Source: Candidatus Latescibacterota bacterium (GTDB lineage: Bacteria; Latescibacterota; UBA2968; UBA8231). Taken from it: a DNA stretch of 64,000 nucleotides. The notes under the pieces were generated by a model. The model was given only the letters and a program-made list of their open reading frames with translations, was not told the origin of the DNA and searched no databases. Below are positions 8,226-17,083 of the stretch, piece by piece (positions within the stretch are counted from its first letter, which is position 1; each line of letters opens with the position of its first letter). The stretch lies in assembly GCA_965200315.1 (NCBI GenBank), contig OZ241362.1, positions 1,728,001 to 1,792,000 on the forward strand, given 5' to 3'. The position numbers and the translations under genes are program-made.

Positions 8226-10868
8226 ATGTATGAGAGAACATTCAAGCTGGTAAGCATTAGCTTGGTCTGCCTCCTAGGTAGGATGACCCTAGGGGACGTG
8301 GCTTGGGGGCAAGAGGGCTTCTCTATCCAAGACGGCGCGGCTGTCATCGAGTCTAGGGATCACTGGGCTCGTTGGCAGTCGGTGGCAAAGACCATCCAGA
8401 TCACCGAGGAGGGCGTAAAACCAGCCTTTATACGCAAAAGCACCAAGCTCGAAATAGATGGCGTTGAACAGGTAGTCCCCGGCATTAACGCGGTTTTGAA
8501 TGCCTCCGAGTTCGGCGGCGGGATATGGGAGGCCGGCTCTAACCGCTCGAGCGCAGAAAATCTCATGGACGGCAAGATGGACACCTACTGGGAGCCGGAT
8601 ACTTCCACCCCCCTTAGGGATTGGTGGGTGCAAATCGATTTAGGGCGGGCCGTATCAGCCAATAAGATAGTCCTCAAGTTTGTCGGAGAGGATCTGGGAG
8701 ACCCCTTTCTCCAATTCAAGGTCCTCACCTCTCAGGGGGAGACGATCATCGGCCCACTGGTGTTCAGGAAACGCTTCTCAACGGATAAACCCATCAAGAA
8801 TGAACGGGTCTTTGAAGTCGATTTGACCAACCAGTTGCCGACCAAATGGACACAGGTACGCGGGGATTTTACCGGCGATGTGATCAGATTCGTCTCTGTC
8901 GGTGTCACGGACAGCGATTTTGGCAAGGCAAGACAAATTTCCCAGTCCGTTTATGAAAGTCTCGACCCCGACCAGCAGGGCGATATAGAATACTTCCGCC
9001 GAGAAACTTCGGGAAGGCTGAGATTGTTGGCGGGACGCGAAGATTGGGAAGCCTTGGCCGGCGGGGACAGTCAAGGCCCTGTAGTCTATTATCGCCGCGA
9101 GTTGCCTCGATTGGCGGAACTGGAAGTTTGGTCGATCGGCGACAATATCGGCGTTGGAGTCCTAGAACGGGGTGGCAAAGTAACGAGTTGGGAAAACAAC
9201 GGGGCTGAGGATGTGGTAGTAGATGGGATAATATATAGCGTAGATAAGGCGTTGTACTGGCCCGCTCAAGGAGGATACAACCCCGATAGGCTGCTGCCTT
9301 CGGAGCCACCGGATGTCGAACGTGCTTTAGTAGTGGATCTGGGAGGGGCCTTCTTCCTGGACAATATCCGCGTACTCCAAGCCAGCAGTAGCCCCCCTGG
9401 GCCTTTTCGCGCCTATCGCATTGAAGTCTCAGACGGTTCTACCAATGCTGGTGGAAGCCTAGCCTGGAAAACAGTAGGATCGCTTGATCATATCAACGGA
9501 AATGAATCGTACCACGATTTTAAATTTCCACTCACCAAAGTTGAGCATTTTTCTTTTACTTATAAACTCCATATAAGAGCCGGACGCCATGGCTTGTCAG
9601 AGATTCAGTTTTTCGGTGAAGGATACATGCCCGAGGCTCGGATCGAATCGGTTTTTGACGGCCCTTCGGCATTCATAGAATTAGGGGCCACTCCCCAAAA
9701 TTTGGCGTCTATAGAATGGGATGCAGATACACCGCCGGGCACGGATATTATTCTCCAGACCCGGACCGGCAATACGGCCAAAACTTCTACGCTTTACTAT
9801 AAAAAGAACGGTGAGTTGTATCCGGGCACCGAAGAAGAAGCAGCGGCAGCGCACGCTACGGACAAAAAGTTCTTTGGGGATGCCTCTGTCGGACCCGTCG
9901 TTGCCCAGACCAACCCGGGCAGCGACTGGAGCGGTTGGAGTCAACGATATTTCAATTCGGGCGACAAAATTACCTCGCCCAGTCCGCGTAAATTCGTCGC
10001 CATCCGGGCGGCCTTTCTCACGGAAAATCCCCTCGTGGCCGCTACACTGCGCTGGGTGAAACTCAACTTTGTAACGCCAGTCGCCAAAACAATTATTGGC
10101 GAGGTGTTGCCTCCTCAACTCGAGACGATTGGCGCTGAGCAACTGTTTTCCTATTTCGTCCGCACGACCTTCGAGCCGGCCAACGAGGGTTTTGACGAGA
10201 TTCTCATTGAAGCTCCCCCTAGCGTCAAAATGAAATTCCAGCAAGCCCATCTGAGCCTCACAGGGCAACCGACTCAAACCTATACCGCTCAAAGCGAGGG
10301 ATTTGAGGTCGTGTCTGATGATTCCGATTCGCTTTGGGTGCGTTTGCCTACTCCCATCAAGGGCGAGGCTGCGTTGGTCGAGCTCCAGTTTGGGGCGACC
10401 ATATTCGATTTTACCACATTCTTCAATGGCTCTATCCGCCATTCTTCCATTCCCAATTCGTGGCAAAGAGTGGATCCGGGCGATGCAAACGAGATTACAG
10501 ATAGCGAAAAGACCGTGATCCTAGCCCTTGAGAGAGGAGCCGTACTGGGGGATATCGAAGTGAAAAATAAAATCTTTACCCCTAACGGCGACGGCATCAA
10601 CGATGATATGGCTGTGAGTTTTTCACTCATGCGGGTGAAGGCATCAACGCCGTTACAGGTGCAAATATACGATCTAGGTGGGCGTCTCGTTCACCAACTA
10701 CGCGAAGAGTACATAACTACGGGACGGCATTCCGTGGTTTGGACCGGAGTCGATGCCGCCGGGACTTTGGTGGCCCCTGGCATATATGTGCTGAGAATCG
10801 ACACTAAGGTCGATTCAAAATCGAGTAGAAATACCTCGGACTACCGCTTAGTACACGTCTCCTATTGA
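8226..10868 (+). CDS. Secreted protein with two discoidin/F5-8C-like regions and C-terminal FlgD/T9SS-like Ig domain (paralog 2)
   Basis: Signal peptide ending VAWG; LMDGKMDTYW...WWVQIDLG discoidin-like motif; C-terminus FTPNGDGIND...IYDLGGR...PGIYVLRI...HVSY. Confidence 0.75.
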   Translation: MYERTFKLVSISLVCLLGRMTLGDVAWGQEGFSIQDGAAVIESRDHWARWQSVAKTIQITEEGVKPAFIRKSTKLEIDGVEQVVPGINAVLNASEFGGGIWEAGSNRSSAENLMDGKMDTYWEPDTSTPLRDWWVQIDLGRAVSANKIVLKFVGEDLGDPFLQFKVLTSQGETIIGPLVFRKRFSTDKPIKNERVFEVDLTNQLPTKWTQVRGDFTGDVIRFVSVGVTDSDFGKARQISQSVYESLDPDQQGDIEYFRRETSGRLRLLAGREDWEALAGGDSQGPVVYYRRELPRLAELEVWSIGDNIGVGVLERGGKVTSWENNGAEDVVVDGIIYSVDKALYWPAQGGYNPDRLLPSEPPDVERALVVDLGGAFFLDNIRVLQASSSPPGPFRAYRIEVSDGSTNAGGSLAWKTVGSLDHINGNESYHDFKFPLTKVEHFSFTYKLHIRAGRHGLSEIQFFGEGYMPEARIESVFDGPSAFIELGATPQNLASIEWDADTPPGTDIILQTRTGNTAKTSTLYYKKNGELYPGTEEEAAAAHATDKKFFGDASVGPVVAQTNPGSDWSGWSQRYFNSGDKITSPSPRKFVAIRAAFLTENPLVAATLRWVKLNFVTPVAKTIIGEVLPPQLETIGAEQLFSYFVRTTFEPANEGFDEILIEAPPSVKMKFQQAHLSLTGQPTQTYTAQSEGFEVVSDDSDSLWVRLPTPIKGEAALVELQFGATIFDFTTFFNGSIRHSSIPNSWQRVDPGDANEITDSEKTVILALERGAVLGDIEVKNKIFTPNGDGINDDMAVSFSLMRVKASTPLQVQIYDLGGRLVHQLREEYITTGRHSVVWTGVDAAGTLVAPGIYVLRIDTKVDSKSSRNTSDYRLVHVSY

Positions 10869-10893
10869 TCTTCTGCGATCCGAGAGGAACAGA

Positions 10894-12618
10894 TTGAACA
10901 AACCACCGTTGGTCAAGACCGCGCTATTAGCGTTTTCTTGCCTATTGCAGGGAGTTACGTCGCCCCAAAGCTATGGGGAAACGATCGTCATTGGCGGCGG
11001 TCCAAGCACCCTAGCGTGGGATGACCATTATTCCGCGACATCGGTTATTGATTTCGACACCAAGCCCGGCCAGATTCAGCCTGCTCAGACAGGTCCCGAA
11101 GACAATATCGTCCTGAAAATATTTGAAAGAGGAGGGACCGTAACGTCGCCCAATGCGAAAATAATACTCGAAATATCCTCGAGTCTTTTGAATGAACGAT
11201 TAGCGCATATGGTCAGTGGCGATACGACCAAGGCTTTTGAAGTGAAGGGCGGTTCCCCCACAGGCGTTATATTCAGGATAGATTTGGGCGAGCGCTTCGG
11301 AGTCAATCGGATCAAGTTTTTTCCGCGGAAGGGATTTGAAGAGTTTTTTCTGAAGGGCTATGAACTGCTGTTGAACGACGGCAGCGAGGAGCAGAAAACC
11401 CTAGCCGGGACGCCGGATTTCAAGGTTTTTAAAACCGAGGAACGCAATCTCAAGTCGACCGTTGATCTGACCGTCCCCCTGCAGTTTGTTCGTTTCATAG
11501 AGGTGAAGCAACTGGTGCGAGGGGAGTGGGAAATTGACGAGTTTCAAGTCTTTGGTGCGGGTTTTGCCTCTACGTCATCATATACCTCAAAAGTATTTGA
11601 TCGAGAACAACCCGCGGTCTTTGGCGACATAACATGGGCTAGGGGGAGCATCGGCGAACCAACGAAAACGGATGCCATCCTATCGACTCGGAGTGGTAAC
11701 ACACCCGACCCCAACGATTCGCTGTCTTGGAGCGCTTGGTCCCCTCCCTATCCTGCCGGAGTCCACACAGCGATTGAATCACCAGCCCCGCGTCGTTTTT
11801 TTCAGTTCCATTTACTCCTTAAAACCAGCGACATCCTAGCAGCGGCGACGGTTGACTCCCTCGCCTTTGAGATGTCTCCTGCCCTAGCTGACTCACTCGT
11901 GGGCGAGATATGGCCCCAACGTGCTCTGATCGGGCAGAATACCCCCTTTACCTATGCCGTGAGAACCGTCAACAGCCGCGGCTTTAACCGTCTCGAACTA
12001 AAAACTATGGCACCGGTAAATGTAGTGCGCTCTGTACAAATAGACGGAACCGATGTCGAATGGGAAAAGACGGATACAGAAGACGGGGTCCAAATTAGCT
12101 TCCCCCAGATTGTGGGAGACCGCACCTTACGAGTGGTTTTTGAGAATGTGGCTTTGCAGTACAATACCTTTTTTGCTGGCAGAGTCTCCGATAGCCAAGG
12201 CCCGGACAATCTGCCCCAAGTAGTCACCGAGGGAGACGCAGTCTCTGATTTTGAGGCACAGGGAGATGATCTTTCGGTCGAGATCTCGGTGGGCAAAGAC
12301 CTCATTTATTCTGTGAAAGTGGCTCCCGTTCCTTTTACTCCCAACGGCGATGGCCTAAATGATGAAGTCTTGGTGACTTACGACATAGTCAACCTGACGG
12401 GTGGTGCTTTGGTTTCGGTGGGGGCATACGATCTTTCTGGAAGACGTATAAAGGCGATCTATTCAGGATTGGACCCCAGTAGGAGATACCAAAGGGTTTG
12501 GGATGGAACGGACGCGAGCGGTGCCAAAGTGCTACCCGGAATCTATTTGGTGCGAGTGGAAATTGATGCGGATTCAGGGTCCGAGAGTAAGACGGAAATT
12601 GTCCCAATAGTCTATTAA
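10894..12618 (+). CDS. Secreted protein with C-terminal FlgD/T9SS-like Ig domain (paralog 3)
   Basis: TTG start after GAGAGG; shares WSAWSPPY..SPAPRRFFQ, LVGEIWP and PFTPNGDGLND...YDLSGR...WDGTD motifs with the two preceding genes. Confidence 0.75.
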   Translation: MNKPPLVKTALLAFSCLLQGVTSPQSYGETIVIGGGPSTLAWDDHYSATSVIDFDTKPGQIQPAQTGPEDNIVLKIFERGGTVTSPNAKIILEISSSLLNERLAHMVSGDTTKAFEVKGGSPTGVIFRIDLGERFGVNRIKFFPRKGFEEFFLKGYELLLNDGSEEQKTLAGTPDFKVFKTEERNLKSTVDLTVPLQFVRFIEVKQLVRGEWEIDEFQVFGAGFASTSSYTSKVFDREQPAVFGDITWARGSIGEPTKTDAILSTRSGNTPDPNDSLSWSAWSPPYPAGVHTAIESPAPRRFFQFHLLLKTSDILAAATVDSLAFEMSPALADSLVGEIWPQRALIGQNTPFTYAVRTVNSRGFNRLELKTMAPVNVVRSVQIDGTDVEWEKTDTEDGVQISFPQIVGDRTLRVVFENVALQYNTFFAGRVSDSQGPDNLPQVVTEGDAVSDFEAQGDDLSVEISVGKDLIYSVKVAPVPFTPNGDGLNDEVLVTYDIVNLTGGALVSVGAYDLSGRRIKAIYSGLDPSRRYQRVWDGTDASGAKVLPGIYLVRVEIDADSGSESKTEIVPIVY

Positions 12619-12656
12619 TTATTCCCATTTTACCTGAAAGCTAGGGTGAAATTCTC

Positions 12657-15368
12657 ATGCTGACCTGCCATATTTGCAACACCCTACTGCGCAGTATTAG
12701 TTCAGCTACCATAATTTACGCCTTTCTCTCGTCCATGTTAGCTTTCGACACTGACGTGCAAGCCCAAGATGTCGATCCGCTACGCATAAAAGGTGTGCGC
12801 CGAGGGGCCGAACTCACCTTTGAACCAACCGGATCCGGCGTACTGTTCGGCGCCTTGGATCCAGCGGTCAAAAAGTGGTACGTCCCGCAAGAACTTTTCT
12901 TAGAATATCGTTGGCAACAGTGGGAATACACCAACTACGCTAGGGATCACTATGATCGCTATGTAGATATCAATTTAGCCGGGGATTACTTCTACGACAT
13001 TTACGGTTCTTACATCACTAGAGGATGGTTGCTCTACGACTGGTCTCAGACGCAGCCCCAGCAAGGGGGCAGCAATTTATTCAAGACCCAGAAATTCCAA
13101 GATTGGTTCACCAACTTGGTCATTGCCTCGGATCAGAAGGGCCAACATAATTTAGCCATCACCATAGGCAATCAGATCCGCTCGACCCTTACCCCAATGA
13201 CCTTCTCAAAGCCAGCCATGGACGGGATCCAGGTAGACTACCAAGCCGACAAATACCAAGTCACGACGATCCTCTCGCGGATTTCTTCTCCCGGTGGGGC
13301 CGGTCCTCGCAATCCTGCGGTCAACCAAACGACCAGCCTGACAACGCTGATGGGTGGGCGAGCTGTTGCCCAAGTAGGCGATTTTATCAGCATCGGGGCC
13401 AACTATGTAAGTGCCCACAATTCCTTCCAACTCTTAGATGCCTTTGAAGGAACCCCTAGGAGTGGTTCGATCACTTCTAGTCAAAATGCTGAAAATATCA
13501 CCCAGCTCTTCGTCCGTCTGACCGACGATTCACCCGAAGATAACGAAGGTGGAGCTACTCTCTTCGCTTGGGATATGATCATAGAAGCCGAAGTCGAAAT
13601 CATCGATGAAGAGGGAGAACGGGGGTTTAGGCGGGAGGTTATCCGGGCCAGCGAAGCCGGTCTCAAACCCTCGCCTCAGGGCGGCTTTCAGCGCTTAGGT
13701 TTCTGGGAAGCTAGTGGCTCTGAGCAGATCGAATTAGTATACGATTTTTCCGAGGGAACCTACACCGGCCCCGACCCTTCGGAGATAAGAAGAGTGACTT
13801 TTGAACTGGTGGTTGCCAACGACTACAGAATCGAGGTGTCTTCAAACCGCCAGAATAATCGGCAAAATAACAACGTGTTTCTGCTGGCGGCCAGGGCCCA
13901 AGAAAACGTCAAAGATGGCTCCAATCTCAGAGTTCTCAAGATCCCGTACGGTCTGCCGACCGCCACCGAAATTTTCGGTTTTACTCTGGAGGCGAACGAT
14001 ATTGCGGGGCTTGATTTCTACGGCGAATTCGACCGCAGTAGGCGTTACCGAAAATATCCCAACCGGCAGCAGACAAAACACCTATCGGCTTTTGACCAAG
14101 GCGATGGCTGGATGTTGAATCTGTCGAGAACCGTTCAGCCGTGGTTCTTTTTTGGCGAGGCTTACAGTATGGACCACAATTATAATACAAGTGCTATCTT
14201 GGCCCGGGGCGAGGTCAACATAGATTACGAAGACCGAACGAGATTCTACTATGAACTCGTCGATGACAATGACGATCAGGATCGGTACCCCGATTGGCAG
14301 AGGATAAACGAAAGCATCGACTTGAATGTATTTCCCGGCTTGGACGAGAACGTCGATTTTATTTCCGACTTCAATCAAAACGACAGCGAAGATCTGCCCA
14401 ACTTAGTACCCGACTACGACGAGCCCTTTCTGCGCTATTCTACGGATCGCCCCGAGTATCTGTTCGGCATAGATATGAACAACAATATCTGGGTAGACCG
14501 GTTTGAAAACGACGATGAAGCAGATCTTCCCTACGGTAGGGATTTAAGTGGGTACAACCTTTATGCAGGCGTCAACATTACTCCAGAAATGAGATTGACG
14601 GTCGGCCGCACCGATGAGAGCCTCATTGCTGGCGATGGAGAAAACACCACCCATTATTTGCTTTTTACGCTGGAAAAGGACTACCCTGGACTAGGCAAGC
14701 TGAGGATTTTCGAGAACTTCAGACTGGCCAAGGACAATATAGAAAATGATCTCCGCCAATGGGACGAATTCGAGAGGCGAAACGTCCCTACCATTGATCC
14801 TCTGGCGGCCCGAAATACGTGGATAAATTCGTTCTATATAAGCCTCAACTATACCAAGCTGAGGAATCTAAATCTCATCAACAAGCTAAAATACGACCGC
14901 TGGCAGCAAAGGGAGAGACAACCCGATCTGCGACAGGACTTCGTTTTTGTCGGTCTGATCAATAAAATGGACTATGTTCTCAAATTCATTAATCTCGATA
15001 TCCAGCCAAAAATTAAAAACGAATTGAGGATAGAGTCTCCAGCGCTTAAATCAGATCCCAAACGAAAGGAAGACACCCTAATTTTTACTTTATTGGCCCG
15101 GTGGCCATTGTTTAATAACTCCACTATGCAGGCCGGCGTGGAGTACACTGTTTTCCAGCAGCTCAGGGATTCGGATGCAGCAGTCAAGGAAGGGCTGCTA
15201 GACGACTTCAGCGAAATTGTGGGCGCAGCCCAGTTCTCCAATAACTCAAACTACTTGGGCTACAATTTGACGACCCTGATGGGACTAAGGCTGACTAGAA
15301 GGGCCATAGACAACGAAACCGAAACGGGCAGAATGGCTTTTGCTACAGTATTTGCCGGGTTGGAGTAA
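12657..15368 (+). CDS. Large acidic secreted protein, probable outer-membrane beta-barrel
   Basis: 903-aa ORF; signal-like segment ending VQAQ; Asp-rich Ca-binding-like motifs; C-terminal third has alternating aromatic/hydrophobic strands ending FATVFAGLE. ORF is secure, function inferred, exact start uncertain. Confidence 0.6.
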   Translation: MLTCHICNTLLRSISSATIIYAFLSSMLAFDTDVQAQDVDPLRIKGVRRGAELTFEPTGSGVLFGALDPAVKKWYVPQELFLEYRWQQWEYTNYARDHYDRYVDINLAGDYFYDIYGSYITRGWLLYDWSQTQPQQGGSNLFKTQKFQDWFTNLVIASDQKGQHNLAITIGNQIRSTLTPMTFSKPAMDGIQVDYQADKYQVTTILSRISSPGGAGPRNPAVNQTTSLTTLMGGRAVAQVGDFISIGANYVSAHNSFQLLDAFEGTPRSGSITSSQNAENITQLFVRLTDDSPEDNEGGATLFAWDMIIEAEVEIIDEEGERGFRREVIRASEAGLKPSPQGGFQRLGFWEASGSEQIELVYDFSEGTYTGPDPSEIRRVTFELVVANDYRIEVSSNRQNNRQNNNVFLLAARAQENVKDGSNLRVLKIPYGLPTATEIFGFTLEANDIAGLDFYGEFDRSRRYRKYPNRQQTKHLSAFDQGDGWMLNLSRTVQPWFFFGEAYSMDHNYNTSAILARGEVNIDYEDRTRFYYELVDDNDDQDRYPDWQRINESIDLNVFPGLDENVDFISDFNQNDSEDLPNLVPDYDEPFLRYSTDRPEYLFGIDMNNNIWVDRFENDDEADLPYGRDLSGYNLYAGVNITPEMRLTVGRTDESLIAGDGENTTHYLLFTLEKDYPGLGKLRIFENFRLAKDNIENDLRQWDEFERRNVPTIDPLAARNTWINSFYISLNYTKLRNLNLINKLKYDRWQQRERQPDLRQDFVFVGLINKMDYVLKFINLDIQPKIKNELRIESPALKSDPKRKEDTLIFTLLARWPLFNNSTMQAGVEYTVFQQLRDSDAAVKEGLLDDFSEIVGAAQFSNNSNYLGYNLTTLMGLRLTRRAIDNETETGRMAFATVFAGLE

Positions 15369-15407
15369 CTTACCTATGCACAGGAATACAGAGGAGACCT
15401 GAGCTAC

Positions 15408-17072
15408 ATGCCAAAAAAAATGACTGCATTTTGGCTTTTGCCATTCGCGCTTTTTACCATGCTCATGGCTTGCACCGTAGAAATGGGAGACCGGGTCGTT
15501 GCTCAGATAGGTGATGAGGAGATAACAGTTGACCAGTTGCGGAAATTTATCGACGGCCTCTCAGGAGATGACAAGGCGGACACCACTAGGGTAAAAGAAG
15601 CGAAGAATCATTTGAACACCATGATCAATATCGAACTGCTGATCATGGAGGCGAAGGCGGCCGATCTCGACAAAAGCCCTGAATTTCGCGCTCGGCTGGA
15701 AAGGGTCCAGCGGGAAAAGTTGATCCGTATTTTCCAAGACAGAGCACTGGAAGTAGAGGAGGAAGTGGAGGAGGACGAAGTACGGGAATACGCTGAACGC
15801 ATGGGGCTCACTCGAGCAGTCAGATTGGCCGATATAATGGTTCCCAACCGCGAAAATGCCTTGGCCGCCCTCCGGGAGCTCAAAAATGGGGTGCCTTTTG
15901 GGCAAGTCGCTCAAAAATGGTCCATAAACAAAAAAACCTCGGCCCAAGGTGGTGACTTAGGCCGTTACACCACCCGGGAATACATGGTCATGCCCCTTCA
16001 GGACAAGCTATTTTCCCTCGCCTTGGGCGAAGTCTCCGATCCCATAAAAATCGGTGAAAATTATTCGATCTTCACAGTCATAGCCGACTCTACCATCGAA
16101 CTCAGTCCTCAGAGGAGATTGGCGATTCAAATGGGACTGAAAAAAGAAAAAAAGCAGCGGGCACTATCGACTCTAGTTGCTGAACTCAAGGAAAAATACC
16201 ACCTCGAATTGGATCGGGAAGGGATCGCGCTCATTGTTGAAAAAGTGCGTGGCGGTGCATCTTTTGCCTCAAAGACGGAACGCAATATAGTTCTCTATAG
16301 GTACGACGGCGGAGAAATAACCGCTCAGGACTTAGCAGATGCTGGCCATGTCCTGAAAGGCAATGCCTTGGCCCAACTCAGTGACTCCAGCCAAGTGATC
16401 GCTTTTGCCGAGCGCCATGTCGTGCCCAATGCAATGCTTGTGGAAGCGGCCCTGCGTACTGGCATAGACGAGGAAGCAGAGACGGTCGAGTGGTTGAAAA
16501 ATCAAGCAAATCAACTCTTGATAAGTGCCCTCAGGGCGCGGCTCCTGAGAGCTAAAGTGACCATCGCCGAAAACGAGTTACGCCAATTTTACAAGGCCCA
16601 TGCGGAAAGATATATGCACCCCGAGCAAATTGAAGTACAAGAGGTTCTGGTAGAGACAGAGGCCGAGGCACTGAGGTTGATGGAGCAGATCCAAAAAGGA
16701 GCCCGATTAGGCGATTTGGCCAATAAGTATTCTATCCGCTCGCTAGAGGAGCAAGATGAAGAGGGCCGATTCCACTTCCACCTTTTCGAAAAGGCCTTTC
16801 TCGGTGGTTTTGTAGAAGTCGCCGAAAAAGCCGAGATAGGAGCACTCACCGGTCCGGCCAAGGTAGATGAGGGTTATTCTATATTTAAGGTGCTTTCTAG
16901 GGAACGCAAGCGAGAGACTTTTCAGGAAGCCGAGTGGAGAGTCCGATCACAACTTAGAAGAGAAAAAAACCGAAAGGCCTTTAATCAGTTTATCGAAGAA
17001 GTGCGGAATAAATACGCATCGAAAGTAGTTATTCGGGAGAATAACCTCAAAGCCGCTTTCGGAGTAGAGTAG
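15408..17072 (+). CDS. Parvulin-type peptidyl-prolyl isomerase / SurA-PrsA-like foldase, probable lipoprotein
   Basis: GAGGAG RBS; lipobox-like LMAC; VVAQIGDEEITV; two rotamase domains (FGQVAQKWS...GGDLG and LGDLANKYS...). Confidence 0.85.
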   Translation: MPKKMTAFWLLPFALFTMLMACTVEMGDRVVAQIGDEEITVDQLRKFIDGLSGDDKADTTRVKEAKNHLNTMINIELLIMEAKAADLDKSPEFRARLERVQREKLIRIFQDRALEVEEEVEEDEVREYAERMGLTRAVRLADIMVPNRENALAALRELKNGVPFGQVAQKWSINKKTSAQGGDLGRYTTREYMVMPLQDKLFSLALGEVSDPIKIGENYSIFTVIADSTIELSPQRRLAIQMGLKKEKKQRALSTLVAELKEKYHLELDREGIALIVEKVRGGASFASKTERNIVLYRYDGGEITAQDLADAGHVLKGNALAQLSDSSQVIAFAERHVVPNAMLVEAALRTGIDEEAETVEWLKNQANQLLISALRARLLRAKVTIAENELRQFYKAHAERYMHPEQIEVQEVLVETEAEALRLMEQIQKGARLGDLANKYSIRSLEEQDEEGRFHFHLFEKAFLGGFVEVAEKAEIGALTGPAKVDEGYSIFKVLSRERKRETFQEAEWRVRSQLRREKNRKAFNQFIEEVRNKYASKVVIRENNLKAAFGVE

Positions 17073-17083
17073 GAATCGTAGTC

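Noticed and set aside
15395-15405. GACCTGAGCT as a fifth, reverse copy of the mini-element (also CTTCGACCTG at 7991)
   Set aside because: Only 10 nt match, with no second arm or CC flanks.
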